Counted from the stretch's first letter, positions 11,123 to 25,195 are shown. The stretch: DNA of 64,000 bases from Mobula hypostoma (GCF_963921235.1 NC_086097.1:220536001-220600000), one strand, 5' to 3'. The notes: a model not told the origin generated them from the sequence alone. Numbers and translations: made by a program.

Positions 11123-14100
11123 CATGGTTACATATATGTACTTTGATAATAAACTTACTTTGAACTTTCACTAAATTAGCTCTTCTTCAATCAGCTGAGC
11201 AGTGCCAGAGCATAAGCAGCTCCTCTACTGCCATTACTATCAAACCCCAGCCCCTCACCTGAACAATAACCCATTAATGCAATTTCTTTCATCTCAGGAT
11301 TCACTTCACGATGCTCGTAAAAATCATTCACTGCCCTTTAATCGCATTTTTTCCCCAACAAGCCTTGATAGTAGAAGGCCTCATTTAATTCAGAAACTCT
11401 TTCATATATATTATAAATACTCTCTGACACGGTGTAATTTTTACAGAATCCAATCACTGCTAAACTTGAATTACTATTTATAGCATCTAAAATAAACTTC
11501 CAAAGTTTCAACAACATGGTCAAGAGGCTAGAGGAGTAATGAGCTTGGTGGCAAAGAAAAACTCCTCCACAGCCTGGACGCTTTTGGGTTGGATAGGAGC
11601 ATCACCATAAAGCAGATCATTAAAGCCACATTTCTTGTTGCCATGTATATTAACACGATATCATGTAGTTCACTTGCTTGGACTCTGTCTGTGAACACAG
11701 ACTGAGAGTGGTGAAGTTGTGGACCAGTTTATTCAAAATGCAACTAAGCATCTGGTTGTACGGTGTAGAAGTAATCCATTTCATGCACGAAAACATAAAG
11801 GGTTGCAATTAATTAGATAAAAGTTTACAGAAAGTTTTTGCATATCGATGTCAGGTGTCTCCTAAATCCACACTAGTCATCTTCTAGGAGTGGGAACCTA
11901 TGCAAGAGGGATGAGTATGAGCTGTCAGAAAGGTTCACGTCACACAATTGAATCATACCCTCACATTCAACTGCTCTGACATTATAGAGAGTAAAACAAG
12001 ATCCCTAATTATTGGGCAGACCAGTTTGTGTGTAAAGGAGACTTACACCAAAGTACACAATATCTCAGTAAATTCGTTCAGTTGCCACCATTAGATGAAT
12101 AATATATTTCCTCAGAAGGCAAGGGTTTTTCCATGCTCAATGCTATTGGGATATTTGAAACTAATACTGTACCCACTCCACCAAAAGTACAGTATCAGCT
12201 GTTTATTTGAAACCTAATCATGTGATTTGTTCTCTTCAATTTATCAACACAACACGAATCAAACCTTATGAGATCTACCTGCGTACCATGACTTAACTGG
12301 ATCAAAGGACACAACCAAAATGCACTGGTTGCAAAGCACATGCTTCCACAGTGTGCCGAACTGCAAACAACCTCTGAACACTTTGAATGGTTTTCATTGG
12401 GTGATAGCATCAAAACAAATTTCAAGGATTACTCTCAGTCACTGTTATCTTGGAGTTGACTAGGGAACAAGGTGGACTTGAAGAGCAAGGTTATTGTTAA
12501 TTTGTCCCAATCAGGATCTTATTATGTGCACCATCGGCAATAAAAGACTGCAACGCAAGTGCTACTTGCACAGTGTGCAAAGCAGTCAGGCCAACATCCC
12601 CACAGAAGGCTTGGGGGGAAAGAAGAGTGAAGTATGCTTTTGAGGATCCATAGGGTTATGTGCAGAGTGAAAGAAGGCTTTTCTAGAGCCACCACAAAAA
12701 TCTTTCCCTCCCTGGTGCTCTGGGCCTTATTAGTTTCCCTATTCACTCCATGGATGGGCTAACAGATACATTGTCCCTATCCAAGCAGTGTGCTCATTTA
12801 ATCCAGACAGGGTAGAGAGCACATTCTAACTGTGTAACAGAGCTCAGACTTCATCGAGCTTGACTGTGTAAGTAGCAAATACATCCATATATCAAAAGCC
12901 TGATGAGCACAAGTTACAAAATCAACACCAGTTTATTCGAACTTTGCAATGAATGTCTAGTTACCCCCCCCCCCCGAACAGCCATATAGCTGACAGAGAA
13001 CAAATAACTGACAAGATTAAGGTGTACAGCTATTAAAATCTGTCACACACATGGGCCCCATTAGTCTTTTATGCATAATTCTCAAAATACATTAAGCAGG
13101 GAACTTATTCAAGAGTACTGGACAGGCATTAAAAAAGTACCCTATCAAAACCTTTGCATACTTCGTTGGTGATGTTGCAAGCAAAATCAACTACAATTTA
13201 TGTATTTTGTACAGAATTATGACCAATCAACTGTATTGACGTCTGTCTTAAACTTTACAACTTCTGGTTCTTGTTTAAGTCTTCCCAAATTACCCTAATT
13301 TGAAAAATATCCAATTTCAATTCTTTTAGAACTGCTTTTTCAGAAATACTTAATTGGCAGTAGAGCCATTAATGCTATGAACAGTATTATACAAATGGAA
13401 GTCTCATTATATAAAGCAACAGTTCAAACATAGATTTTTTTTTCTCCTTTTAAAATAAAGAGCCCATTTACTTTCTCCTCATGCATTAAAAACTTAATTA
13501 AAAATCTACTAAGAAATACATTTGCTTTATCTTAATGACTCAGAAGAAAGCTGAATGCATATTGATACAAGTATTATACTTTTCAAGCACAGCATGCTGC
13601 TCTTTGGGCAAAATACTTCAGTACAAGCCTCTTGATAAATGATTTTAATTTTGCACCTTAAATTGTCTAGTTTCTTTCTATAAATATAGTAAAACTCCAA
13701 TTTAGATAGATCCTATGAATTCACATAAGACTACGTCAAAGTGTTGATCAATATTAGGCACTTTGGTTGAATAAACCTTTATTACATGCTTTCCCTAATG
13801 GAAATCTACAAATTATATGATGAGGTAATGAACCACCCGTGCACAAATCTTAGGACCCTAAAATACTGAGTTTTGTGCAGTTTCATAAGCAACATGGACA
13901 GATTTTATTTTCATGTTTTCGTATGTTTATTGGCAAAACAGCAAGACAAAAAGCAGAGGATTTTTTGATCGTTGTAAATGCTTTACCAGTCTAAAGAGCC
14001 TCAAGGCAACATCAGTGAAGACAATTACCAGCAGCTGTTTCATACACACAATGCATACAATCATTTTCCATACAATGGCGGCTGTATCCCTCCTTTTGTA

Positions 14101-14199
14101 CCAGCTGCTAAATTTACTTTAAAAAACACCACATTCAGACTGTATATTCAGATTTTCAAAATTGCATCAGCTTTGGAAAAGCAAACAAAAGTACTATCA

Positions 14200-14971
14200 C
14201 AGTCGAATTCCTCTCTTATACCACTGGGCAAACTGTTAATCAGGGCAGCCACTTATTTGGGACAACTCTTAAAGGACAAAAACTCATCAAGAAAATTACC
14301 GGAATTCCTGTTGTTTATTTGGGACACTATGTTGTTATTTGGGACAGGAAACTTTGGCCAAACAGGTTCTAACTAGCATCTGTCACGTGCATTTGTGTGG
14401 CTGTTAAGACACTGCACCATGCTTACAGCGAAGATTTAAAAAAAGTCAGTTTTGTGTGTTTGCGTTCAAAAAGCAGCGATTTTTGTCACTGATAGTTGGT
14501 GAGAAATAAGCAGTAAAACAATTCTGAACTGTTCTACTCAATGCGGTTTCAAGCATTCAGGTTTGGAGATGCCAGAAATAGCAGGGAGTGAAAAGGAAAC
14601 AATTTCACTACATCAACAAGTTAGAAATTACAATGTTTTTGAAGTATCGACAATCATCTTGAAAGCTACAATGAAGATTTGGAGGGTGCAATCATCAATA
14701 GCATTGCACGAAGGCAGTCCATTACGCATCTGCACTGATTTTGTTCATTGCGTACACTGGATGAATTCCTCCATCAATAACTATTAGGAACTAATACACA
14801 GTTTTATAGTATTGTAGTACTATTGGTAGTGTTCTAATTTGTTCTGTATTTAATTTTAAATACATAATTTGTTCATTTTTTTTGTAGCTTTATGACTATT
14901 TCCATGAAACTCCAGCTAATTGGGCCAAAATGTACTGGTCCTGATGTGTCCCAATTAACCAGAAGCCATTG
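14200..14971. mobile_element. Non-autonomous TcMar/Tigger-like element, copy 1
   Basis: Colinear with 15378-18178; right TIR CCCAATTAACCAGAAGCCATTG followed by TA; left TIR degenerate. Confidence 0.75.
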
Positions 14972-15860
14972 TACATCTTCATGCATATTTCAGAGCACAA
15001 GTATCACAAAAAAAGTGTGATTGCTGGAAATGGCTTCTTTTGTTCAAAGAGGGCAGAAACACCCAAATGTCAACAATATAAAAAAATTAAAACACTCAAA
15101 AGGCATCCACAGCAATTATTTACCAACAGGTCACTGGGACGTAGAAGAAGAATCACAGCTAAAAACCTGATTAAAAACCTTATCCAAAAGTAATGTCCAG
15201 ATCTCAGTTCCTTCAACATTCTGAATTTCCTTCACAAATATTTCAGAGTTCATCCAAAGAGCAAAAACAAAATACCAGAAGCTGGGAGACATTTTCTCAT
15301 CTAGCTGAACTATTTCCAAAAAATTTCAAACAACACTCTGTTTCCAGCACTTTCCATACAAAGACAAAAGGTGAATACAGTGGATTCCAGTTAACTGGGC
15401 CATCGATTAATCCAGGCAGCCGCTTACTTTTAATGGACGAAAACTAATCCAAAAAATAGCAATGATTCCTTTTATATAATTGGGAAATTTTTCTGCTTAA
15501 ATGGGGCAGGAGACTGTTACCAAACAGTTCCTACCTAGCATCAGTCGTGTGCACTTGTGTGGCTGTTAGACACTACACCGTGCCTGGAGAGAACAGTTTT
15601 TAAAATAGCATGAGTTCCATGTGTTTGGGTTCAAAGAGCAGTGATTTTTGTCACTGACAGTTGGTGAGAAATAAACAGTAAGACAATTCTGAACTGTTTT
15701 GCTCACTGTGGTTTCAGAATTCAGGCTTGGAGATACCAGAAATTCCCAGAAGAGAAAATAAAACAATTTTACTACTTCGGCAAGTTAGGAACTACAAAGA
15801 ATTTGAAGGTATCGACAATCATCATGAATGTTGCAATGAAAATAAATATTTGGAGGATGC

Positions 15861-16078
15861 AAATACCAGGAATTCTGCAGATGCTGGAAATTCAAGCAAC
15901 ACACAATAAAGTTTAAACGCAAACAACAGGAATTCTGCAGATGCTGGAAATTCAAGCAACACACATCAAAGTTGCTGGTGAACGCAGCAGGTCAGGCAGC
16001 ATCTCTAGGAAGAGGTACAGTCGACGTTTCAGGCCAAGACCCTTCGTCCTGACGTTCACCAGCAACTTTGATGTGTGT
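15861..16078 (-). mobile_element. Rearranged Penelope terminal repeat insert
   Basis: 14-bp TSD TATTTGGAGGATGC (15847-15860, 16079-16092); partial tandem copy plus short inverted segment. Confidence 0.85.
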
Positions 16079-16311
16079 TATTTGGAGGATGCGATTGTTG
16101 AAAGCAGTCTATTATCTGCACAAGGTGGCTGTGCTAATTTTGTTCATTTACATTCAATCAACAGAACCTGGCTGTGTACACTGGAGGAATTTCTTCGTCA
16201 CTATTAGGAACTAACACCGTTTTATACCATTGGTATAAAATAGTATACTATTTATAAATAATACTATTGGTAGTGTTCTAATTTGTTCTGTATATCACAT
16301 AAATACATAAT

Positions 16312-18036
16312 ACAAAAAACTGATGACAGCGACGCCTCTCTACCAGACAGGCTTAACAATTTCTTTGCCTGCTTCGAAGCATCAAATACTACAGCAAGGG
16401 GGAGAGCCAGTCCCTTTTTGCCATCTGACCAGCCAGCTCCAATCATTGATCCAGAGCAAACACGGAGGACCCTTGCCAGGGTCAACCCACGAAAAGCGGG
16501 AGGTCCCAACAACATCCCTGGACGTGCGCTCAAGGAATGTGCTGATGTATTAGCAGATGTCCTGACGGACATTTTCAACATCTCCCTTAGTCAAGCTATT
16601 GTCCCCAGATGCTTCAAAACCTCCACAATCATCCCTGTAGCAAAGAAGTCAGTTGTGGCCTGTCTGAATGATTATTGTCCCGTTGCCCTGACCCCCATAG
16701 CGATGAAATGTTTTGAACAGCTTGTCAAGCCTCATATCACAGCCAGTCTCCCCTCATCCCTGGATCCTCTACAGTTTGCTTATCGTCCAAATCGCTCTAC
16801 GGAGGATGCAATATCCACCACACTGCACACAGTTCTCTCTCACTTGGACAACAAAGACACTTATGCCAGAATCCTGCACATTGATTTCAGTTCAGCATTC
16901 AATACCATCATCCCGCAGAGACTAGTGGAGAGACTGTCACTGCTTGGCCTTAGTACTGCCATGTGTCGCTGGATTCTAGACTTCTTGACAGAGAGACCAC
17001 AGTCAGTCCATGATGGCAGGAACATCTCTGACTCCATCACACTGAGCACTGGATCCCCACAAGGCTGTGTGCTTAGCCCATTGCTGTTTACACTGCTAAC
17101 ACATGACTGTGCAGCCAGATTCAAGGAGAACCTGATCATTAAATTTGCTGATGATACCACAGTGGTGGGGATCATCAGCAAAAATGATGAAACTATGTAC
17201 AGGGAGGAGGTCAAACACCTAGAGAGCTGGTGCAGTGATAACAACTTGATGCTTAATGTCACCAAAACCAAGGAGAAGATCGTCGATTTCAGACGGTCTC
17301 AGCCTGAGCACACACCCCTCAGCATCAGTGGCTCCAGAGTGGAGAGAGTGGAAAACATCAAGATCCTTGGGGTGCAGATCTCGGACAATCTCACCTGGTC
17401 CAGGAACACCACTGGGATTGTGAAACGGGCCCAGCAGAGATTGCACTTTCTGAGGAAGCTTAAACAAGCATCACTCCCCACTAACATCTTAACTACATTC
17501 TACAGAGGCGTGGTTGAGAATGTGCTGACCTTTTGCATCACAACCTGGTACTCCAGCTGCAGTGCTGTCGACAAAAAAGCCTTGCAGAGGGTGGTTAGGG
17601 GAGCAGAGAAGGTTATTGGGGTCTCTCCAAGAGCTCTTTCGATGCCTCCAGAAGACACGGTACATCATTAAAGACCCCCTCACACCCTCTCCATGAACTG
17701 TTTGTTCTTCTGCCATCAGGCAAACTTTACAGGAGCATCAAAACTAAAACCACAAGGCTACTAAACAGCTTCCTCCCACAGGCAGTCAGACTGCTAAATA
17801 GCTGCTCTACCTGACTCTGCTTTGGACACTTTTAACTCGCACTGGACACTTGTAACTTGATTTTAACTGACATGTGGCTGTTGTGTTTTACTATTTATTG
17901 TTATGTTTATTATTTAGTGTTGCGTTTGTTATGTTATGATTGCACTGCTCCTGAGAAACGCTGTCTCATTCTGCCCTGCAGAGCTGATGTATGGTTAGAA
18001 TGACAATAAAGTTTTTTGAATCTTTGAATATTGAAT
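16312..18036 (+). mobile_element. 5'-truncated Rex1/Babar LINE with long open RT frame
   Basis: ORF 16283-17671: [43 protein letters not shown]; frameshift near 17630, C-terminus continues to about 17812; AATAAA and TTGAAT repeat tail. Confidence 0.95.
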
Positions 18037-18904
18037 AACTTGACACAGGTAAATGGTAGTTTATCTTTTTTTTAAAATACCTTAACTATTTCCAAGCAGC
18101 TTCAGCTAACTGAGTCAGCTGTTTTATTGGGCTATATGGTACTGGTCCCGATATGTCCTAATTAACCGGAATCCACTGTATTACATTTCCAGTGATTATT
18201 AAAGGAATAAGCAATACTGGCTCTCCATAAATTATGCATATAGCAAAAAACTCTTTCTTTATATACACAGAATCCAACAATTGAACATTTTTTAAATTGA
18301 AGTGACATAATTTGACATTTAAACTTCCTAATTTTTTTGACCAAGAATTGCAACAGTTTAACTGATGAATGAAATTCTCAATGTCTAATTTGGAAAATTT
18401 ATTTCAATGTCACTGGATGATTTCCAAGTCATGTTGAAAAGTTTCCACGTACTATCTGGTGTTCAATGTTGTTCAGATTGCACTACAAGGAGTTTACACA
18501 AGTTAACCTTTCCAGCATTTGTGTTGTCATGTTATAACACAATTAATTTTAATCTTCTGGGAACAGTTCAGGGATAAGATACAAATTCATACCCAATAAC
18601 AGCATCAGAAAAGGGTTGAAGACCACCCTTTACATTCTATTGCAATACTAGAGATTCCCCCATACATGTGTTCTCATCACAAATGCCTTGGCCACGCTCC
18701 AAATTGGCTGGGCATCGAGCACAAATAATGCTATCAACTTGACATCAATGAGTTGCGAACAGTGCAACACCATGAGCCTGCCTGTGCTCTTTATTCCCCT
18801 CATCCACTACCTTTGGCTTTTGTATCCTCGTCTTTACCTGTCTTTATTCTCAACCAAAGGTCTACTTTCTCCCTTCCTGACACATAAACCTACTTTAACA
18901 TCCC

Positions 18905-19215
18905 ATAAGAACATCAAACATGGGAGCAGAATTAAGTCATTCAGCCCATCAAGTCCGCACCACTTTAAATATACCCAATTACCTGGCCTCTGCAGCTGCC
19001 TGTGGCAATGAATTCCACAGATTCACCATCCTCTGGCTAAAGAAATTCGTTGTCATCTCTTTCTCTTTTATTCTGAGGCATCTTTCTATTCTGAAGCTGT
19101 GGTCATTGACTCACCTTCTCCCAGTACACACTATCTGGGTCTTTCAAATTCAGTACGTTATAATGAGATTTGCCCCCACCCCCATTTTTCTAAACCCCAG
19201 TGAGGACAGGCCCAT
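18905..19215 (-). mobile_element. Degenerate CR1 3' fragment
   Basis: CCATAAGA tail and GTGGCAATGAATTCCACAGATTCACC shared with other CR1 3' ends. Confidence 0.7.
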
Positions 19216-20396
19216 CTCTCTTTTCCCAATTACAATAACTTATTGTTATGTTTCTAGTTCTGTCATGCAAATCAACACCACGTACTTCAAAATAACATTT
19301 ATTCTCAACCAAGTGTGATGCCATTGGCCAATTTTTAATGCACAAGATCTTAAAAAGCACATGAACTCCTTGTCAAATTCATTCATCTCAAACAGATGCA
19401 TGCATGCTAATGAATGGAAGCTATTTCAATAAACTACATATGGTGCAGCTCCTTGCACTATAACACTTTAGTTTTACACGACGAACAAATTCCTAAAAAT
19501 AGAAAACACTGATGCCCCAAACAATAGTTCCCTTCTCAAATGGCTGTGAGCTTTACTTTCCATTACAAATAAAGGAATATCAGAAGCTTTGCTCAACCCA
19601 AATGCCAAAAATAGAAATACCGCTATCCCATATAAATTTTTCCTTCTCAAATTGCAGCAAAGTTTTCTTTACATAAATAAACATCCAAAACAAATTGCAA
19701 TTTTAAAATAACAACTAATTTGCATTAAAGTACAGTGCTTGCTAATCTCTCTAACTTGAGGAAATTCCATCAGTTTGGCTTTTTGAGTTGTATAAAATCA
19801 GTTTGATGCTAGAGAAGGGCAGGGACAAAAGAATGGAAATAAAAACATATCTTAAGATAACTATGTGAACTGAAAAATTTATTTTCAATACTGAATAGTC
19901 ATGATGATCTGAACTAACAATCACTTGCACTGCACACTCTGGGAAGAACATAATTTTTTTCCAAGGATTGCCAAATAACACTAAAGGTAAAACTGAAGAT
20001 ATACATTTATTACCATGCCTCCAAAACTCTGATGATGGCTTAGGAAAATGAGTTGTGGTTGTGCAATATCTACCTTCAAGTCACTTTTATTTTTAGCTTT
20101 TAAGTTAGGAAACTGGGCTAAAGAATATAATTCTTAAACAGCATTTACAGATCACTCAACTTCAAACTGTTAAATTCTATTTCCTGTCATTGGAAACTAT
20201 TAAAATTATTTTGTACTGATTTCTACAATATAAAAATCATTGTCTTTTCTGTTAGAAAATGACTTTAATTTAAATTAAAACCAATTCCCAATGCAGTTTG
20301 TTAGTGGTCATGAGGGGACTGGAGCTAGTGGTAAGGGAATGGGATTGTTGCAGGAAAGCATCATGCATCATCAGGGTCTCCCACCACCCTTGTCAT

Positions 20397-20942
20397 GCAA
20401 ACAACAGGAATTCTGCAGATGCTGGAAATTCAAGCAACACACATAAAAGTTGCTGGTGAACGCAGCAGGCCAGGCAGCATCTCTAGGAAGAGGTACAGTC
20501 AACATTTCAGGCCAAGACCCTTCGTCAGGACTAACTGAAGGAAGAGTGAGTAAGGGATTTGAAAGGTGGAGGGGGAGGGGGAGACCCAAAATGATAGGAG
20601 AAGACAGGAGGGGGAGGGATGGAGCCAAGAGCTGGACAGGTGATAGGCAAAAGGGATACGAGAGGATCATGGGACAGGAGGTCCGGGAAGAAAGACAAGG
20701 GGGGGCGGGGGGACCCAGAGGATGGGCGAGGGGAATTTTCAGAGGGACAGAGGATGCGTTTAAGAGCAGAGTTGATAGTGGAGGAAGGGAAGCCCCTTTC
20801 TTTAAAAAAGGAAGACATCTCCCTCGTCCTAGAATGAAAAGCCTCATCCTGAGAGCAGATGCGGCGGAGACGGAGGAATTGCGAGAAGGGGATGGCGTTT
20901 TTGCAAGAGACAGGGTGAGAAGAGGAATAGTCCAGATAGTTT
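20397..20942 (-). mobile_element. Penelope-like element fragment with internal deletion
   Basis: YLDYSSSHPVSCKNAIPFSQFLRLRRICS..FFKERGFP (Penelope RT thumb region) joined directly to the 3' repeat; GIY-YIG region absent. Confidence 0.88.
20497..20532 (-). ncRNA. Minimal hammerhead ribozyme motif
   Basis: AGTC CTGACGA A GGGT CTTG GCCT GAAA TGTT GACT; CUGANGA and GAAA intact, other changes fit CpG decay. Confidence 0.7.
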
Positions 20943-22099
20943 GCACTTGCCTCCCTTAGCTTCTTCTTTTCCAAATGACCATTGACATATGTTCCACAAA
21001 TCAGAAACTGGACAAAAGGATAAAACTGGCTTAACATAACAATTGTACTCAGCTTAATTCTCCTTTGTAACTAACACACCACTGTGTGTATTCGTGACAA
21101 CATATCTACATAATCAATTCATTGCACTTCCACACATCCCTATCCAACACATTGCTTCATAACAGATGAGGACACACACTTTACAGACATACAAACAATA
21201 CACATAAACTTTCTTATGTATTTATATTTGTTGTGTGTTTTTTATTTTTATTATTGTGTTCCTTATCCTTTGTGTGTTTTTTTAAAATGCTATATCAGAT
21301 CCAAAAACAATTATTTCTTTCTCCTCACACTTGTGTACAGGAAATGACACCAAACAATCTTGAATCTTAAATATGCAAATTAACAAAACTGAGTTTATGA
21401 GTAATTTCTAAGAAAAGCAATTGGTATACAAGTCATTGCAGTGTGTAGTGAGACTGTGAGGAAGGACAGATAGATGATAGGGCAAAATTGCAGTCAGTGG
21501 AATGAGTTGAAGTGTAACGTGGAGGCAAAATCGAAAAGGGTGATGAATACAGGACTGAAGGTGTTATATTTGAATGCACCTTTATTGAAAGTTTTTTAAG
21601 ATATAAGAGAAAGAATAGACAAAGGAACATCAGTGGATGTTGTTTACTTGGATTTTCAGAGGGCATTTAAAAAGGTGCCATACATGAGGCTGGTAAACAA
21701 GATAAGAGCCCATGGATAGAAGATTGGCTGACTGGTAAGAGGCAAAGAGTCAAAATAAGGGAGCCTATTCTGGTTGGTTCCAGTGACAAGTGGTGCTCTG
21801 GAGGGGTCAGTATTGGGACTGCTTCTTCTCACACTATGTATCAATGACTAGGATGATAGAATTGATGGCTCTGTGGCCAAGTTTGCAGATGAAACAAAGA
21901 TAGGTGGAGGGGAAGGTAGTGTTGAAGAAGCAGGGAGACTGCAGGAGGACTTGGACAGATTGTGGGAACAGGCAAGAAGTGGCAGATGGAAAATAGTGTC
22001 GGGAAGAGTATGGTCCTGCATTTTGTTAGAGGGAATAAAGGCATAGACAATTTTCCAAATGGGGAGAACATTTTTTAAAAATCAGAGATGCAAAAGAAA

Positions 22100-22292
22100 G
22101 CTCTTTTTTGTTACAACTATGCAGGTCAACCATTGCTCTAAGCAGGGAATTTTTACATGGCCTGAAACTTACACAGCACTTAAATAAAACATTATATAAA
22201 AGAAAATTCCAGCTGAACGGCAAAGGCTATATGCACAGGAGCATTTCAGTTACTGCATGGCGGCACACCCGTGCAGCTTAGAGGGAACAATG
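22100..22292. mobile_element. Short hAT-type non-autonomous fragment
   Basis: Right end GCAGCTTAGAGGGAACAATG matches the TIR of 46943-48221; left TIR degenerate. Confidence 0.55.
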
Positions 22293-22492
22293 ATGCAAAG
22301 GGACTTGGGAGTCCTTGTGCAGGATTCCCTAAAGATTAACTTGCTGGTTGAGTCGGTGGTAAGGAATGTTAGCACTCATTTCCAGAGGACTAGAATACAA
22401 CAGCAAGGGTACAATCCTGAGACCTTATAAGGCACTGGTCAGACTTCACTTGGAGTATGGTGGGCAGTCTTGAGCCCCTTATCTAAGAAATA

Positions 22493-25195
22493 ATAGAAAC
22501 ATAGAAACATAGAAAATAGGTGCAGGAGTAGGCCATTCGGCCCTTCGAGCCTGCACCGCCATTTATTATGATCATGGCTGATCATCCAACTCAGAACCCA
22601 GCCTTCCCTCCATACCCCCTGACCCCTGTAGCCACAAGGGCCATATCTAACTTCCTTTTAAACATAGCTAATGAACTGGCCTCAACAGTTTGCTGTGGCA
22701 GAGAATTCCACAGATTCACCACTCTCTGTGTGAAGAAGTTTTTCCTAACCTCGGTCCTAAAAGGCTTCCCCTCTATCCTCAAACTGTGACCCCTCGTTCT
22801 AGACCTCCCCAACATCGGGAACAATCTTCCCGCATCTAGCCTGTCCAATCCCTTTAGGATCTTATACGTTTCAATCAGATCCCCCCTCAATCTTCTAAAT
22901 TCCAACGAGTACAAGCCCAGTTCATCCAGTCTTTCTTCATATGAAAGACCTGCCATCCCAGGAATCAATCTGGTGAACCTTCTTTGTACTCCCTCTATGG
23001 CAAGGATGTCTTTCCTCAGATTAGGGGACCAAAACTGCACACAATACTCCAGGTGTGGTCTCACCAAGGCCTTGTACAACTGCAGTAGTACCTCCCTGCT
23101 CCTGTACTCGAATCCTCTCGCTATAAATGCCAGCATACCGTTCGCCTTTTTCACCGCCTGCTGTACCTGCATGCCCACTTTCAATGACTGGTGTATAATG
23201 ACACCCAGGTCTCGTTGCACCTCCCCTTTTCCTAATCGGCCACCATTCAGATAATAATCTGTTTTCCTATTTTTGCCACCAAAGTGGATAACTTCACATT
23301 TATCCACATTAAATTGCATCTGCCATGAGTTTGCCCACTCACCCAACCTATCCAAGTCACCCTGCATCCTCTTAGCATCCTCCTCACTGCTAACACTGCC
23401 ACCCAGCTTCGTGTCATCCGCAAACTTGGAGATGCTGCATTTAATTCCCTCATCCAAGTCATTAATATATATTGTAAACAACTGGGGTCCCAGCACTGAG
23501 CCTTGCGGTACCCCACTAGTCACCGCCTGCCATTCTGAAAAGGTCCCGTTTATTCCCACTCTTTGCTTCCTGTCTGCTAACCAATTCTCCACCCACACCA
23601 ATACCTTACCCCCAATACCATGTGCTTTAAGTTTGCACACTAATCTCCTGTGTGGGACCTTGTCAAAAGCCTTTTGAAAATCCAAATATACCACATCCAC
23701 TGGTTCTCCCCTATCCACTCTACTAGTTACATCCTCAAAAAATTCTATGAGATTCGTCAGACATGATTTTCCTTTCACAAATCCATGCTGACTTTGTCCG
23801 ATCATTTCACCGCTTTCCAAATGTGCTGTTATCACATCCTTGATAACTGACTCCAGCAGTTTCCCCACCACCGACGTTAGGCTAACCGGCCTATAATTCC
23901 CCGGTTTCTCTCTCCCTCCTTTTTTAAAAAGTGGGGTTACATTAGCCACCCTCCAATCCTCAGGAACTAGTCCAGAATCTAACGAGTTTTGAAAAATTAT
24001 CACTAATGCATCCACTATTTCTTGGGCCACTTCCTTAAGCACTCTGGGATGCAGACCATCTGGCCCTGGGGATTTATCTGCCTTCAATCCCTTCAATTTA
24101 CCTAACACCACTTCCCTACTAACATGTATTTCGCTCAGTTCCTCCATCTCACTGGACCCTCTGTCCCTTACTATTTCTGGAAGATTATTTATGTCCTCCT
24201 TAGTGAAGACAGAACCAAAGTAATTATTCAATTGGTCTGCCATGTCCTTGCTCCCCATAATCAATTCACCTGTTTCTGTTTGCAGGGGACCTACATTTGT
24301 CTTTATCAGTCTTTTCCTTTTTACATATCTATAAAAGCTTTTACAGTCCGTTTTTATGTTCTCTGCCAGTTTTCTCTCATAATCTTTTTTCCCCTTCCTA
24401 ATTAAGCCCTTTGTCCTCCTCTGCTGAACTCTGAATTTCTCCCAGTCCTCAGGTGAGCCACTTTCTCTGGCTAATTTGTATGCTACTTCTTTGGAATTGA
24501 TACTATCCCTAATTTCTCTTGTCAGCCACGGGTGCACTACCTTCCTTGATTTATTCTTTTGCCAAACTGGGATGAACAATTGTTGTAGTTCATCCATGCA
24601 ACCTTTAAATGCCTGCCATTGCATATCCACCGTCAATCCTTGAAGTGTCATTTGCCAGTCTATCTTAGCTAATTCATGTCTCATACCTTCAAAGTTACCC
24701 CTCTTTAAGTTCAGAACCTTTGTTTCTGAATTAACTACGTCACTCTCCATGTTAATGAAGAATTCCACCATATTATGGTCACTCTTACCCAAGGGGCCTC
24801 TCACGACAAGATCGCTAATTAACCCTTCCTCATTGCTCAAAACCCAGTCCAGAATAGCCTGCTCTCTAGTCGGTTCCTCGACATGTTGGTTCAAAAAACC
24901 ATCCCGCATACATTCCAAGAAATCCTCTTCCTCAGCACCTTTACCAATTTGGTTCACCCAGTCTACATGTAGATTGAAGTCACCCATTATAACTGCTGTT
25001 CCTTTATTGCACACATTTCTAATTTCCTGTTTAATACCATCTCCGACCTCACTACTACTGTTAGGTGGCCTGTACACAACTCCCAGCAGCGTCTTCTGCC
25101 CCTTAGTGTTACGCAGCTCTACCCATATCGATTCCACATCTTCCCGGCTTATGTCCTTCCTTTCTATTGCGTTAATCTCTTTATTAACCAGCAAT
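22493..25195 (-). mobile_element. Young 5'-truncated CR1 LINE with uninterrupted partial ORF2 (endonuclease part plus RT)
   Basis: About 865 open codons from ~25192 to 22591: GVVYRPP, MGDFN, SDHN, DFQKAFDKVPH, GVPQGSVLGP, KFADD; (ATAGAAAC)n tail at 22493. Confidence 0.97.

Larger units (their letters stand above)
10360..11170 (+). mobile_element. Rex1/Babar 3' UTR fragment hosting a Penelope insertion
   Basis: Ends TGTACTTTGATAATAAACTTACTTTGAAC, the reverse complement of the 2565 family. Start approximate. Confidence 0.65.
15378..18178. mobile_element. Non-autonomous TcMar/Tigger-like element, copy 2, with two nested retroelements
   Basis: TA-CAGTGGATTCCAGTTAA ... TTAACCGGAATCCACTG-TA. Confidence 0.85.

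Noticed and set aside
12041..12180. Minus-strand GTAAGT donor
   Set aside because: Stops in all three frames shortly upstream and no acceptor.
16283..17671. 462-aa RT ORF as a domesticated gene or retron-like system
   Set aside because: Ordinary 5'-truncated Rex1/Babar copy; its start lies in the host element and the C-terminus is frameshifted.
5144..20540. Dispersed near-identical repeats (GGAATTCTGCAGATGCTGGAAATTCAAGCAAC) as a CRISPR-like array
   Set aside because: Irregular spacing, both orientations, individual TSDs and links to Penelope coding relics; no cas genes; eukaryotic context.
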